Shown here one piece after another: positions 37,562 to 47,850 of a stretch of 64,000 bases of DNA. Source of the stretch: Minisyncoccia bacterium (GTDB lineage Bacteria > Patescibacteriota > Minisyncoccia > SW-4-49-11). Both the position numbers and the translations under genes were made by a program. Below the pieces are notes generated by a model. It saw only the letters and a program-made list of their open reading frames with translations, was not told where the DNA came from and searched no databases. The DNA lies in NCBI GenBank assembly GCA_044356325.1, contig JBIKWJ010000002.1:24602-88601 (forward strand), in the 5' to 3' direction. Position 1 is the first letter of the stretch. Each line of letters starts with the position of its first letter.

Positions 37562-38941
37562 TTATATTGCTGAATCTATAATTTCAAGTTCAATTAGGCG
37601 ATTTAGCTCAATTGCATATTCGAGAGGCAAGGCTTTTACTACCGGCTCTATAAAACCATTCACAATCATTTTACGGGCCTCAGATTCAGTCATTCCTCGA
37701 CTCATCAAATAAAATATCTCTTCATCCCCTACTCGTCCAACTCGAGCTTCATGACCAATTTGAGCATCTGTCGTTTCGATTTTCATCACGGGATATGTAT
37801 CGGATTTAGCTCCATCATTCATCAGGAGAGCATCACAGACAATATGAGACTCGCTGTGACTAGCATTAGGAGTAATTCTCACCAAACCGCGATAAGATGA
37901 AATCCCAGTATCTTGACTAATACTCTTAGCACTAATGGTGGATTTGGTATAAGGGGCTGCATGAATTACCTTGGAGCCTGTATCTTGCTCTTGCCCCTCT
38001 CCTGCAAAGGCAATTCCAAGGCTATCCGAACGAGCATATTCCCCCCTCAATATACTACAAGGATATAACATTGTCACACCACTTCCCATATTCCCATTTA
38101 GCCACTCAATAGTACCATGAGCATCCACGAGAGCCCTTTTGGTATTGAGATTATAGGTATTTTTACTCCAATTTTCAATACTAATATATTTAACTGTAGC
38201 ACCCTTATGCACAAATATTTCCACTCCCCCCGCATGAAGAGCTGAGGCATTCCATCTTGGAGCAGAACATCCTTCAATATAAGTAAGCTCTGAGCCTTCA
38301 TCTGCAATAATAAGGGTATGCTCAAATTGCCCCCCAGCCTCCATATTCATCCGGAAATAGGCTTGTAATGGTAATTCTACTTTTACCCCCTTTGGCACAT
38401 AGATAAATGTCCCCCCACTCCAAACTGCAGCATGTAACATAATAAATTTATGATCATTGATAGGAATACATTGAGTCATAAAATATTTTTTGACCAAATC
38501 GGGATATTCCTGTAATGCGGTATCCATATTCTCAAATATAACCCCCTTATCTTTTAAATCTTGCTTGAGATTATGATATATCATATCTGAGTCATATTGA
38601 GCTCCCACCCCTCCTAGGGCCTGTTTTTCGGCCTCAGGAATGCCTAATTTGTCAAAAGTGTCTCGTATATCCTGTGGCACATCATCCCAAGTCTTAGCCT
38701 CTTCTGTATCTGGTCTACTAAAATAAATAATTTGCTCTAAATCTAATCCCTCCAAATTAGGCCCCCAATTCGGGAGTTCAGTTCGTTGATATAATTCAAA
38801 GGCTTTGAGCCGTTTTTCCAACATCCAATTAGGTTCATTTTTTTGGCGAGAAATCTCTTGTATTACCTCAATTCTCAATCCCGGTTTTGTTTGGAATTTT
38901 CCTTTATGTGAACTAGAATTGTCATATACTGCTCTGTCCAT
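37562..38941 (-). CDS. sufB: Fe-S cluster assembly protein SufB
   Basis: 459 aa with conserved SufB core and C terminus as quoted above. Confidence 0.9.
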   Translation of the reverse strand: MDRAVYDNSSSHKGKFQTKPGLRIEVIQEISRQKNEPNWMLEKRLKAFELYQRTELPNWGPNLEGLDLEQIIYFSRPDTEEAKTWDDVPQDIRDTFDKLGIPEAEKQALGGVGAQYDSDMIYHNLKQDLKDKGVIFENMDTALQEYPDLVKKYFMTQCIPINDHKFIMLHAAVWSGGTFIYVPKGVKVELPLQAYFRMNMEAGGQFEHTLIIADEGSELTYIEGCSAPRWNASALHAGGVEIFVHKGATVKYISIENWSKNTYNLNTKRALVDAHGTIEWLNGNMGSGVTMLYPCSILRGEYARSDSLGIAFAGEGQEQDTGSKVIHAAPYTKSTISAKSISQDTGISSYRGLVRITPNASHSESHIVCDALLMNDGAKSDTYPVMKIETTDAQIGHEARVGRVGDEEIFYLMSRGMTESEARKMIVNGFIEPVVKALPLEYAIELNRLIELEIIDSAI

Positions 38942-39026
38942 AATTTGCTACTAGTCAAAATATCTTCTTATGTTATACTATAGCAAAGTAATGCAATTAT
39001 CTCAATTAGTTAAGTTATATTGACGT

Positions 39027-39668
39027 ATGGATATCTTCTTTAGCTACCTTATGGACAATGGTGTGCCGCGTGAAACTATCGACATTCTTTTGATGTTCCC
39101 GATTATGGCAGGATTTATTGTAGCCGCCCGACAAATTGTGGGGATTAAAGCTTTTGGTATATATACACCGCTTATTATTACCTTTGCTTTAACAGAAATT
39201 GGCTTCAAATATGGGGTGAGTATCTTTATTGTATCCCTGATTGTCGCTTCTATTGTCCGATATCTCCTTCGTAAAATTCGTATTCTGTATTTACCCAAAA
39301 TGGCTTTGATACTATCTATTACTGCCTTATCTATGTTTTTGAGCCTAGTATGGGGAATATTCTCGGATAGCACCGTCTTTGTACAGGCTTCTATTTATCA
39401 GATTCTTATTATTATTACACTGGTAGAAAAATTCATCAATGCTCAAATGGAAAAAGGATATCGCACTGCCGTAACTCTCTCTGTAGAAACCTTAGTTCTT
39501 GCATCTCTTGGAAATTTAATTATGACCACTACTCAGCTAAGAGACCTCGTTTTCTATAATCCTTGGATTATTTTAATTGTCTTTGCGGGAATTATATTCC
39601 TTGGACGCTATGAAGGACTCCGTATTTCTGAATATATCCGATTCCGTAAAATTATTAGCAATCAATAG
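39027..39668 (+). CDS. 7-TM membrane protein (7TM domain of the kind usually fused to inactive transglutaminases), first gene of the ATP-grasp cluster
   Basis: 213 aa with seven hydrophobic helices. Lies 3 nt upstream of a RimK-related ATP-grasp gene. Confidence 0.55.
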   Translation: MDIFFSYLMDNGVPRETIDILLMFPIMAGFIVAARQIVGIKAFGIYTPLIITFALTEIGFKYGVSIFIVSLIVASIVRYLLRKIRILYLPKMALILSITALSMFLSLVWGIFSDSTVFVQASIYQILIIITLVEKFINAQMEKGYRTAVTLSVETLVLASLGNLIMTTTQLRDLVFYNPWIILIVFAGIIFLGRYEGLRISEYIRFRKIISNQ

Positions 39669-39671
39669 GCT

Positions 39672-41099
39672 ATGAATTGGCTAGAATCATTCGTATTTAG
39701 TCAAAAAATACTCGGGATGAATGCCCGCAACCTTTCCTATATCAAACCCTACAATTATCGTAAATGGGTACGCCTAGTAGATAATAAAATTAAATTCAAA
39801 AAAGAATTACAGAAACATAATATCCCAACCCCAAAACTCATCACCACAGTGCGCTCTTATGAAAAACTCAATGAATTTGATTATAACAAACTCCCTAAAA
39901 GCTTTGTATTAAAACCAACTTCTGGATTTGGAGGAGAGGGAATCGTGGTAATATTTGGAGAACATAAAAAAAGAACAGGAGATGGAGAAAGGCAATGGGT
40001 TAAAACCAAGGGAGTTAAACTCAGCGAGACTGTGATACATAATCATATAAGTAATATTCTTGATGGAACATATTCTCGTACCAATAGCCCTGATGTGGCC
40101 TTCTTTGAGGAGCGAATTAAACTTAACAAATCATTCAAACATCTTGCCTATAAAGGAATCCCAGATATTCGCGTGATTGTATTCAATCGAATTCCCGTAA
40201 TGGCAATGATACGAATCCCTACCAAAGAATCTGATGGTAAAGCTAATCTTCATCTAGGAGGAATTGGTATTGGTATTGATATGGCAACAGGAGTTACTAC
40301 CAATGCTATTATGAGAGAAAGATTCATAGACACCATTCCAGGAACGGAAATCAGTCTCTCTGGTATACGTATACCTTATTGGAATACAATTTTAGATATT
40401 GCTATTCGTACCGCTGATATTACTAGATTAGGATTTACAGGAATAGATATTGCTATTGACCGCGATGCAGGCCCCGTTGTATTAGAAGCGAATGCCCGAC
40501 CGGGTCTCGCTATTCAAATTGCCAATCTCGCCCCACTCAAAGAAAGATTACAAAAAGTAAAAGGACTTAAAGTAAAAACGGTAAAAAGAGCTATTCGACT
40601 TGCCAAAGATTTATTTGGAGGAGAAATTGAAGAAGAAATTGAGGAAATTACTGGACGACAAGTGATTGGGCTTATTGAAGAAATTACATTATTTGGCAAA
40701 GATGATAAAAAACAAACTATAGAAGCCAAGGTAGATACGGGAGCCGACTCCTCCAGTATAGACGAAGCTTTACTGATTAAAATTGGCTATGGAGAGGTAT
40801 TAAAAGAGTTCAAAGCTTTGAATATACCCGAGGATATAGAATATAATACTCTTAATAAGTTGACTGATACTATAAATATCAAGCTTAAGTCACAAGAAGC
40901 TCCCCATCTACTCAAAAAGGTTGCCATTATAAAAGCTGGGAATGGATATACCGTTCGCCCTTTTATAAAAATCCTCGTGAAAGTTGGAGATGATATAACT
41001 GAAACAACATGCTCAATAGTAAAGCGATCTCATTTAAAATACCTTTTTCTGTTAGGAAAACAGGATTTAAAAAGATTTATTATTGATCCGAGGAAATAA
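39672..41099 (+). CDS. Alpha-L-glutamate-ligase-like (RimK-related) ATP-grasp enzyme fused to a C-terminal retropepsin-like aspartyl protease domain
   Basis: N terminus ILGMNARNLSYIKPYNYRKW (RimK-like ATP-grasp N-terminal signature), ATP-grasp core FVLKPTSGFGGEGIVV, and a C-terminal domain with EAKVDTGADSSSID (a D-T-G-A aspartyl-protease motif, as in RimA/PF05618-type proteins). Confidence 0.6.
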   Translation: MNWLESFVFSQKILGMNARNLSYIKPYNYRKWVRLVDNKIKFKKELQKHNIPTPKLITTVRSYEKLNEFDYNKLPKSFVLKPTSGFGGEGIVVIFGEHKKRTGDGERQWVKTKGVKLSETVIHNHISNILDGTYSRTNSPDVAFFEERIKLNKSFKHLAYKGIPDIRVIVFNRIPVMAMIRIPTKESDGKANLHLGGIGIGIDMATGVTTNAIMRERFIDTIPGTEISLSGIRIPYWNTILDIAIRTADITRLGFTGIDIAIDRDAGPVVLEANARPGLAIQIANLAPLKERLQKVKGLKVKTVKRAIRLAKDLFGGEIEEEIEEITGRQVIGLIEEITLFGKDDKKQTIEAKVDTGADSSSIDEALLIKIGYGEVLKEFKALNIPEDIEYNTLNKLTDTINIKLKSQEAPHLLKKVAIIKAGNGYTVRPFIKILVKVGDDITETTCSIVKRSHLKYLFLLGKQDLKRFIIDPRK

Positions 41100-41101
41100 T
41101 A

Positions 41102-42067
41102 CTATATCGATTTGGTTTCTGGAAATAGAAGATCTATAATAGCCTTTTGAGGCTTAGTTGGTGTTCCAAATGTTGGTGTAGTATGTATAGTTAAGCCCGG
41201 GACTATATTTAACTCTAGAACACATGGATTAGGATTGTTTATATCCGAAGTTATAATATCAATACCTACAACTGGCAACTTAAAATCTAAAGATAGTTTA
41301 ATTGCAAACTGCTTCAGTCCTTCTGGTAAAAATTCAGTCATTTCCTCTGATGACCCACCATCATGTGAATTAGCTTTATAACTTAACTTTATAATTTCTT
41401 TATCTTTAGGGATATAATCTAAAGTTAGTGACTGTTTAGCCAATATATTTTTAATACTATCCCCAACCTCTACTATTCTTGTACTATTAACTGCGTTATC
41501 ATTATATATTACAATCAACTCTTGTATTGAATGTTTGCCATCTCCAATAACTTGAAAGGGGGTTCTTTTGACTAAGAATACATCTTTATTACCGATTACT
41601 AAAATCCTATACTCATCTCCCTGCACCATTTCCTGTACTAAAGATCTATCTTTATGCTTTTTTCCCATATTACAAGCATGTTCTATCGCCTTTTCTAACT
41701 CTTTACTATTTTTAATATTTACAGTAATACCTTTACCTCCAAAACGATCTAGTGGTTTTACAACACAAGGAAATAAATTAAAATTCTGAGAAAATTGCTC
41801 TAACTCAGCTAAATAAACTATTTGGGTTTTAGGGATTATATATCCATTTTGATTTAATAAAACTGATTGAATATATTTGTCTTTTAATATTCTACTTTTA
41901 GATGCTCCTGTATAATTGTTTAGGGTGTTTTGAATATATTCTTCATGATCTCCATACTTTAAAACAGCAAATGTCGCACTAACTTCAAGAAATAGTTGGA
42001 CATCAATCCCCCTACTTTCTGCTTCTTCTACGATTGGTTTTAGAAAGATGTCTATTTCAAACTTCAT
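41102..42067 (-). CDS. ATP-grasp ligase (cyanophycin-synthetase/glutathione-synthetase-like)
   Basis: CVVKPLDRFGGKGITV...EMVQGDEYRILVIG matches the ATP-grasp fold. Confidence 0.6.
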   Translation of the reverse strand: MKFEIDIFLKPIVEEAESRGIDVQLFLEVSATFAVLKYGDHEEYIQNTLNNYTGASKSRILKDKYIQSVLLNQNGYIIPKTQIVYLAELEQFSQNFNLFPCVVKPLDRFGGKGITVNIKNSKELEKAIEHACNMGKKHKDRSLVQEMVQGDEYRILVIGNKDVFLVKRTPFQVIGDGKHSIQELIVIYNDNAVNSTRIVEVGDSIKNILAKQSLTLDYIPKDKEIIKLSYKANSHDGGSSEEMTEFLPEGLKQFAIKLSLDFKLPVVGIDIITSDINNPNPCVLELNIVPGLTIHTTPTFGTPTKPQKAIIDLLFPETKSI

Positions 42068-42155
42068 ATTATATGATATAATTAATGTATTATTTATTAT
42101 AAATATTATACTTAAAAAGTATTGTAATGTCTACACTGTGTCAGATACCTTGCTT

Positions 42156-43013
42156 ATGAAAAATATAATTTCTATTCAATTAAAAGAAGAAGCCATACCT
42201 TTTTTTGATAAAACTTTTAGAAAGTTTTATATATTATCATCTTTTACTAAATTTAAAGAATTAACCTATAAAAAAAGCTCGATCTTTTATAAAGGCACCC
42301 CTCTTGAACAGCATGACTTTATATTTATAGGGCTAACGGGAAAATCTAGAGATTTAGCCCCGATAGTAATAGATTATATTAAGCGGTACAATATTCCTTT
42401 TATATGTTATGGTCATAAAACAGCCGATCATGCTAAGACATTTGAAATATATAAGCTAACCTCTGATAATATCCCTATTATTCCTTCTTTAATCTCAAGT
42501 GATCAGAATGCAATAGCTGATTTTATAATCCAATATACCCAACTATTTATAACGAAACCTATAAACGGAAAAAAGGGGAGAGAAATATTACAACACTCAT
42601 CTTTAGAGTCCATAATGGACGCTATACAAAAATCTGAAATTCCCCTAATCATTCAGCCTATGATCCCTAATGATGGAGACTATCGAGTTTGGATATTAAA
42701 AGGAAAAGTTATAGGGGTAATCAAGAGAAGTCCTAATACAGAGGGTGAGTTTAGATCTAATATTTCTCTTGGTGGAAGTGCTCAATTAGCAGAACTTCCT
42801 GATGATGTATTAGATATGGCTATCAAATCAGCAAAAATTCTAGATTTAGATATGGCTGGAGTAGATATTATTCAAGATATTAATACCAAGAAGTATTATA
42901 TTATGGAAGTAAATGCAGCCCCACAATTCAACGGTTTTATGGCCACAACAGGAATTAACTTATTTGAAATTATCACAAAGCATATAATACAAGAAATTGA
43001 ATCTAAAAAATAG
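42156..43013 (+). CDS. RimK-family ATP-grasp (alpha-L-glutamate ligase-like)
   Basis: KPINGKKGREI...GDYRVWILKGKVIGVIKR...GEFRSNISLGGSAQL...AGVDIIQD...YYIMEVNAAPQF parallels RimK motifs. The start is adjusted from the ORF-track 42048 to MKNIISIQL because 42048 overlaps the divergent gene. Confidence 0.65.
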   Translation: MKNIISIQLKEEAIPFFDKTFRKFYILSSFTKFKELTYKKSSIFYKGTPLEQHDFIFIGLTGKSRDLAPIVIDYIKRYNIPFICYGHKTADHAKTFEIYKLTSDNIPIIPSLISSDQNAIADFIIQYTQLFITKPINGKKGREILQHSSLESIMDAIQKSEIPLIIQPMIPNDGDYRVWILKGKVIGVIKRSPNTEGEFRSNISLGGSAQLAELPDDVLDMAIKSAKILDLDMAGVDIIQDINTKKYYIMEVNAAPQFNGFMATTGINLFEIITKHIIQEIESKK

Positions 43014-43031
43014 TATAAAATTATAAGAACT

Positions 43032-44879
43032 ATGTCTATTGAAACTAATAATCCAATTTATGAAAATAACTCTGAAGCAAACCACTTATTTCCAGAAAGG
43101 CCTTCCTATTCTGCTGAGAAAAACTTAAAAGAAATTCTAGAGTATTTATCCGGAGACAGGGAAAAAGAAGTGTTAACAGATGAAGAAAAGTTAGAGTTAA
43201 TAGCTTTTGAAGAGCCTTTTGTAGACAAGTTAGCAGAAGCATATTCTATAGAATATAACACAAAAACATTATATCCTGAATATTTTGATACTACTGAAGG
43301 GCAAGATGCTTTGAAAGAATTAGATATAATTTCAGAATTATATCCTGATAACAATACTCCTATTGATATCAGAACAAATATTGATGTTTTAAGAAAACTG
43401 GATCCTGAGTCCTTGGCTAAATTAGGGGAAAAAGGTCTAAAACATCACACTAAAACAATGTTAGAGAACTTATCTCATCGTATTGCTGAAGATGGGCATC
43501 TAGATATAGAAGGACTCGAGAATCCAGAGAAAATAATGTTTGTTAAAAAGCCTGAAGAGTTAATTCGGAAAATTGAATCCCTGAGGACTCTAAAATCAGA
43601 GCTAGAAGAAGCAAGATCCGCACTGTTCCTAGAGGAAGCTTCTATTGCAAATGAAGAAATTGATTCTCTAAAAGAAAGTCTCTCTCTAATCCATGCAAAA
43701 TTATATAGTCTTAAACATTTAATTAAAAAGGTAAATGTTTTATTAGCTGAAGCTTTAGAAGATAAAGCTATCCTAGATGCTGAAGCAGATTTGCCATCTC
43801 ACAAACCAAAGTATAAATTAGATAAGTTTAGATATGGAGTTGGGCAGATGAATTCTAAAGGTAATTATGACCAAATAGACAGCAGATTATTACAACAAGC
43901 TGATGAAATAGCTGAGGAACATATTAAGTTAAATCAAGAAAAAGCATCTATCCTAGCAGAACAAGGATTAGATGTAAAAAAAATGGAAGCTGAAAGTGTT
44001 GAGCCTGAGCAAGTGAAAGAATATATAGAGAGAGTTTTAGCAAGCTATGATCTTTTAAGCGAATATCCTGCAGATGCCGATCAAGTAGACAATAATATTA
44101 AACCCGCTGATAATAAATGGAGATGTTACATAAAGCCTAATCAGTCCGTATTTGAAATTGATAGCAAAAGTAAAACTTTATTTATTCCCACCAAAAACCG
44201 ATCTATTATAGATGTATTAACTAAAGGCGCTACTCATGAAATAATTCATATCCTGCAAAGAGAAAATACTGCTGAAATTGGACTGCCTTTATATACTAAT
44301 CCCGAACAAATGGGTGGAGATAGATCTGATTTATTCCAAGAAGGAGGAGCTATGTATTATCAAGATCAGGCTTCTCAAGCATTATTTAGCTTTGATAGCC
44401 CTCCAGGACCCCACTATCTAAGAGCTATAGCTGTCAAACAAGCTGGAGGAGATTATTTAGCTTGTGTCAAAGCTTATTATGAAAGCACTATATCAGTCAA
44501 TCCTAAAAAATCAAAATCGGCTCTCAAGACGGCTCTTAGTAGTGCTAGAAGATTATTCCGTAACTCAATCAATTTTAATAATACCGACCGCTCTATTCCT
44601 TCTACCAAAGACACTGTTTATCTAGAGCAAAAGGCGGTAGTGGAAGAAATTTTAAAATACCCTGAACTTCAAAATCTTATTTTAGTATCTGGAATTAATC
44701 TCGAAACAGCAAAAAAAATGATTCATTTTGGGTTATTAGATTTAAGTAGGCTCAGAACACCAGATTTATCTTATATCAAAGAGCTTTGGGAAGAATTACG
44801 TCCTGATTATACATTAGATCATGAACCCCAAGACCCAAATCCCGCTCTCACCCCTCCCTCCGATCTCCCCACAGTATAA
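43032..44879 (+). CDS. Large acidic HExxH protein with a QEGGA motif (DUF1704 / QEGLA-motif-family-like; putative metallopeptidase-like)
   Basis: THEIIHILQ (HExxH) followed about 30 aa later by LFQEGGAMYY. Confidence 0.5.
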   Translation: MSIETNNPIYENNSEANHLFPERPSYSAEKNLKEILEYLSGDREKEVLTDEEKLELIAFEEPFVDKLAEAYSIEYNTKTLYPEYFDTTEGQDALKELDIISELYPDNNTPIDIRTNIDVLRKLDPESLAKLGEKGLKHHTKTMLENLSHRIAEDGHLDIEGLENPEKIMFVKKPEELIRKIESLRTLKSELEEARSALFLEEASIANEEIDSLKESLSLIHAKLYSLKHLIKKVNVLLAEALEDKAILDAEADLPSHKPKYKLDKFRYGVGQMNSKGNYDQIDSRLLQQADEIAEEHIKLNQEKASILAEQGLDVKKMEAESVEPEQVKEYIERVLASYDLLSEYPADADQVDNNIKPADNKWRCYIKPNQSVFEIDSKSKTLFIPTKNRSIIDVLTKGATHEIIHILQRENTAEIGLPLYTNPEQMGGDRSDLFQEGGAMYYQDQASQALFSFDSPPGPHYLRAIAVKQAGGDYLACVKAYYESTISVNPKKSKSALKTALSSARRLFRNSINFNNTDRSIPSTKDTVYLEQKAVVEEILKYPELQNLILVSGINLETAKKMIHFGLLDLSRLRTPDLSYIKELWEELRPDYTLDHEPQDPNPALTPPSDLPTV

Positions 44880-44930
44880 AATTGTCCCCCAAATATATTT
44901 ATGCTATACTAATATCAACCTATATTTTAT

Positions 44931-45344
44931 ATGACAATCAAAATACATACAGATGGTGCTTCTCGTGGAAATCCAGGTCCTGCTTCTCTTGGAGTAGTGA
45001 TTGAGTTACCAGATGGGAGTATTAAAACTCATCATCAAACTCTTGGTATTGCGACTAATAATTATGCTGAATATCAGGCTATTGTGGTGGCTCTCGAGAA
45101 AACAAAATTTCTTGTAGGTAAGGTTAATACCAAAAAATATGCGGTAGAGGTGTATTTGGATTCAGAGCTTGCCCAAAAGCAATTGACAGGTATTTATGAG
45201 CTTAAAGATGAAGCTATTCAAAAAGCTTTTATTCAAATTTGGAATTTGAGAATTAAATTCAAATCTGTTGATTTTATACATATTCGCCGAGAATTCAATA
45301 AACAAGCTGATGCTCTTGCTAATAAAGCTTTAGACGAAGTATAA
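44931..45344 (+). CDS. rnhA: Ribonuclease HI
   Basis: IHTDGASRGNPGPASLGVVIE...NNYAEYQAIVVALE...DSELAQKQ...ADALAN contains the DEDD catalytic residues of type 1 RNase H. Confidence 0.8.
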   Translation: MTIKIHTDGASRGNPGPASLGVVIELPDGSIKTHHQTLGIATNNYAEYQAIVVALEKTKFLVGKVNTKKYAVEVYLDSELAQKQLTGIYELKDEAIQKAFIQIWNLRIKFKSVDFIHIRREFNKQADALANKALDEV

Positions 45345-45354
45345 TATATATAAT

Positions 45355-46800
45355 ATGAATAGAAACGCACAAAAAATCTTTGCCCGATCACTTATGATTC
45401 TTTTCTTTATCATAGCTCCGATACTGGTTTTATATGGTATGGGATATAGACTTAGTCGTGATAATAATGATTCTCCTATATTGACTTCTACTGGAGGAGT
45501 TCGAATAAATACCAAAATTGCCTATGAAATCACTATCAATGATAAATTAGAGTCTAAAAGTCCGCTTTTAAAAGTTGGGCTTGCTCCTCAAGATTTAAAT
45601 ATTGTCTTATCACTACCAGGATATCAGTCATGGGCTAAAAAAGTATCTATACAGCCCTCTTTTGTACAATTAATTAGTGATGTAACTCTTTTTCCTGAAA
45701 AGCCTGAATTAGAGAAATTTAGTGACCTATCCACAGCTCGTAATATACAAAGAGTACCTGATGCTTCTTCAATACTATATACTTCTTATAATCCCAAAGA
45801 ATCCGGACTTTGGGTTCTGAATCTTGACACCAAAATACGCAAGAGACTTACGGATAGTGTGGCTCTTGGAGGCCTAGATAATCAAGATTATTCTGATTTT
45901 ACTTGGAATAATACAGGGAATATTCTTAGCTTCAAAACTTCACTTAATAATGTATTCCAATATTTTGTTATCACCAATATTGATACAACTCCTATTTTAA
46001 CTAATATTACGAATCAATTCCCTATTGCTGATACAATAGCTAGTCCCATTAAAGTCGTGAGCCTAGATGCTGATACTTTGACTTTTATTCAAGGAGGATC
46101 TCTGTATAAGCTTACCCAACAATTTAGTATTCGCTCTGATGCTCTTGTAGCAAATATAACCCATAGTGATTTGGTAAATAATACTATTTATTATTATTCT
46201 GATAAAGATAATACTACAAATATTATTCGGATTTACACCCTTGATACCAAAAAAAGTACCGCAGTTGATACCCCCGATATTGCTATTGATAAAATAATTG
46301 TCAGCCCCAATCAGGGACATATTATTATTATTGATGATAAACAACATGCTTGGCTCAAATCGCTTGGGGAGAAAACTCCAGGATTTAATCAAATATCCGA
46401 TCTTGAGATAAACAACATACAATTTAGCCTAGATTCCAAAAAAGCACTCCTAAAGAGCAAAAATAGCCTTTCTATTCTATATCTTGATACCGTTGAGGGG
46501 TACAAATCCCGCGTAGAGGGAGACTTTGACACATTATATAGTAGTGAGAATCCAATCACTCAAGCTGAGTTATGGGAACCAAATTCAGAATATGTCTTAT
46601 TTATTGAAAATAATACCCTGAAAGTGGTAGAATCTGATACCAGAGGATTAGTAAACTCCTACACCCTACTAGATAATGTCATGAATACAGCCAGCATCAA
46701 ATTACGCAATGATGCTAAGACAATTATCACTAATACTAATAATATTATTCAGTATTTTAGCTTCCCTATTCGTACCCCTCTTATTAATCTCAACAATTAA
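45355..46800 (+). CDS. Membrane-anchored extracytoplasmic hypothetical protein (481 aa)
   Basis: N-terminal TM helix LMILFFIIAPILVLYGMGY, then a beta-rich domain with possible PEGA-like or beta-propeller character (not verified). Confidence 0.5.
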   Translation: MNRNAQKIFARSLMILFFIIAPILVLYGMGYRLSRDNNDSPILTSTGGVRINTKIAYEITINDKLESKSPLLKVGLAPQDLNIVLSLPGYQSWAKKVSIQPSFVQLISDVTLFPEKPELEKFSDLSTARNIQRVPDASSILYTSYNPKESGLWVLNLDTKIRKRLTDSVALGGLDNQDYSDFTWNNTGNILSFKTSLNNVFQYFVITNIDTTPILTNITNQFPIADTIASPIKVVSLDADTLTFIQGGSLYKLTQQFSIRSDALVANITHSDLVNNTIYYYSDKDNTTNIIRIYTLDTKKSTAVDTPDIAIDKIIVSPNQGHIIIIDDKQHAWLKSLGEKTPGFNQISDLEINNIQFSLDSKKALLKSKNSLSILYLDTVEGYKSRVEGDFDTLYSSENPITQAELWEPNSEYVLFIENNTLKVVESDTRGLVNSYTLLDNVMNTASIKLRNDAKTIITNTNNIIQYFSFPIRTPLINLNN

Positions 46801-46869
46801 TATATCTGCATAAGATAACCCTATTGTAGACAAATTGTGTAGGAGCAACATTACAGCTTCCAGTACTAT

Positions 46870-47000
46870 TATTGTCCTCCCTTGGGGGAGGTGGCCGTTA
46901 GGCCGGAGGAGGATGGAGCTTTAAGTTTGTATTTTATCCTCCCCAAGGGAGTGCATAATACAAGCGACTACAAGATCTCCCCTACGAAGTGAAGAAGATA
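46870..47000. repeat. GC-rich hairpin repeat modules
   Basis: tgtcctcccttgggggaggtggccgttaggccggaggaggatgga, cctccccaagggag and gcgactacaagatctcccctacgaag. Confidence 0.75.
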
Positions 47001-47059
47001 TACATATGAGAAACTTTCTTATACCAAAAAAGAGGATATTATCCTCTTTTTTGAATGCT

Positions 47060-47476
47060 TTATCGTTTTGCCCATTGTGGGGATTTACGAGCTTTTTTAA
47101 GTCCTGGTTTCTTTCGTTCTTTTCCTCTTGGATCTCGAGTAAGATAATTATTATCTTTGAGCTGTTTTTTTAGACTTTCATCATATTTAACTAAAGCTCT
47201 TGCAATACCAAGCTGTATAGCATCAGCTTGTCCGGTAATTCCACCTCCTGATACTTTTACTGTAATATCAAAATTCTCTACTCCAAGTACAGATAATGGC
47301 TTGACAATATTAGTATGCTGCTCCACTAAATCAAAATACTCTGTAATAGCTTTATCATTTACTACAAAACTATGTTCTTTTTTTCGTGACAAAGTAATTC
47401 GAACTCTTGCAGTTGCAGATTTTCTTCGTCCTACTCCTTCATAATAATGACTTGCTGTAGTCTTAGTGGTTGCCAT
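47060..47476 (-). CDS. rpsI: 30S ribosomal protein S9
   Basis: GRRKSATARV...SGGGITGQADAIQLGIARAL. Confidence 0.95.
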   Translation of the reverse strand: MATTKTTASHYYEGVGRRKSATARVRITLSRKKEHSFVVNDKAITEYFDLVEQHTNIVKPLSVLGVENFDITVKVSGGGITGQADAIQLGIARALVKYDESLKKQLKDNNYLTRDPRGKERKKPGLKKARKSPQWAKR

Positions 47477-47478
47477 AC

Positions 47479-47844
47479 TTATTTCGTTATATCATTCTTA
47501 TGTAATACTAATCGAGTTAACATTTTAGCTCTTAGTCGATTTTTTGGAAGCATACCATATACTGCTTTTCTCAAAACTTCAGTAGAATCTTTAGCCATTT
47601 GCTTTTCTGCAGTAATTGACTTAATTCCTCCAGGATATCCTGTATGCCTATAATAGGTTTTGGAAGCAATTTTATTTGGGTGAATAGAAAGTTTATTCGT
47701 ATTATATACAATAACTTTTGCTCCTCCATCAATATGATATTCAAATTGCGCTGAATTTTTCCCTATCAAAAGGCTAGAGATTTCAGTAGCAAGAGCTCCT
47801 AATCGTTTATTCTCAGCATCAATGGTAATAATTTCTCTTTGCAT
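47479..47844 (-). CDS. rplM: 50S ribosomal protein L13
   Basis: KRLGALATEISSLLIGKN...HTGYPGGIK...VYGMLPKNRL. Confidence 0.9.
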   Translation of the reverse strand: MQREIITIDAENKRLGALATEISSLLIGKNSAQFEYHIDGGAKVIVYNTNKLSIHPNKIASKTYYRHTGYPGGIKSITAEKQMAKDSTEVLRKAVYGMLPKNRLRAKMLTRLVLHKNDITK

Positions 47845-47850
47845 ATAAAC

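Noticed and set aside
42048-42155. ORF-track start of the RimK-like gene at 42048
   Set aside because: It overlaps the divergently transcribed ATP-grasp gene's start, and the extension is hydrophobic junk. The Met at 42156 gives a RimK-sized protein.
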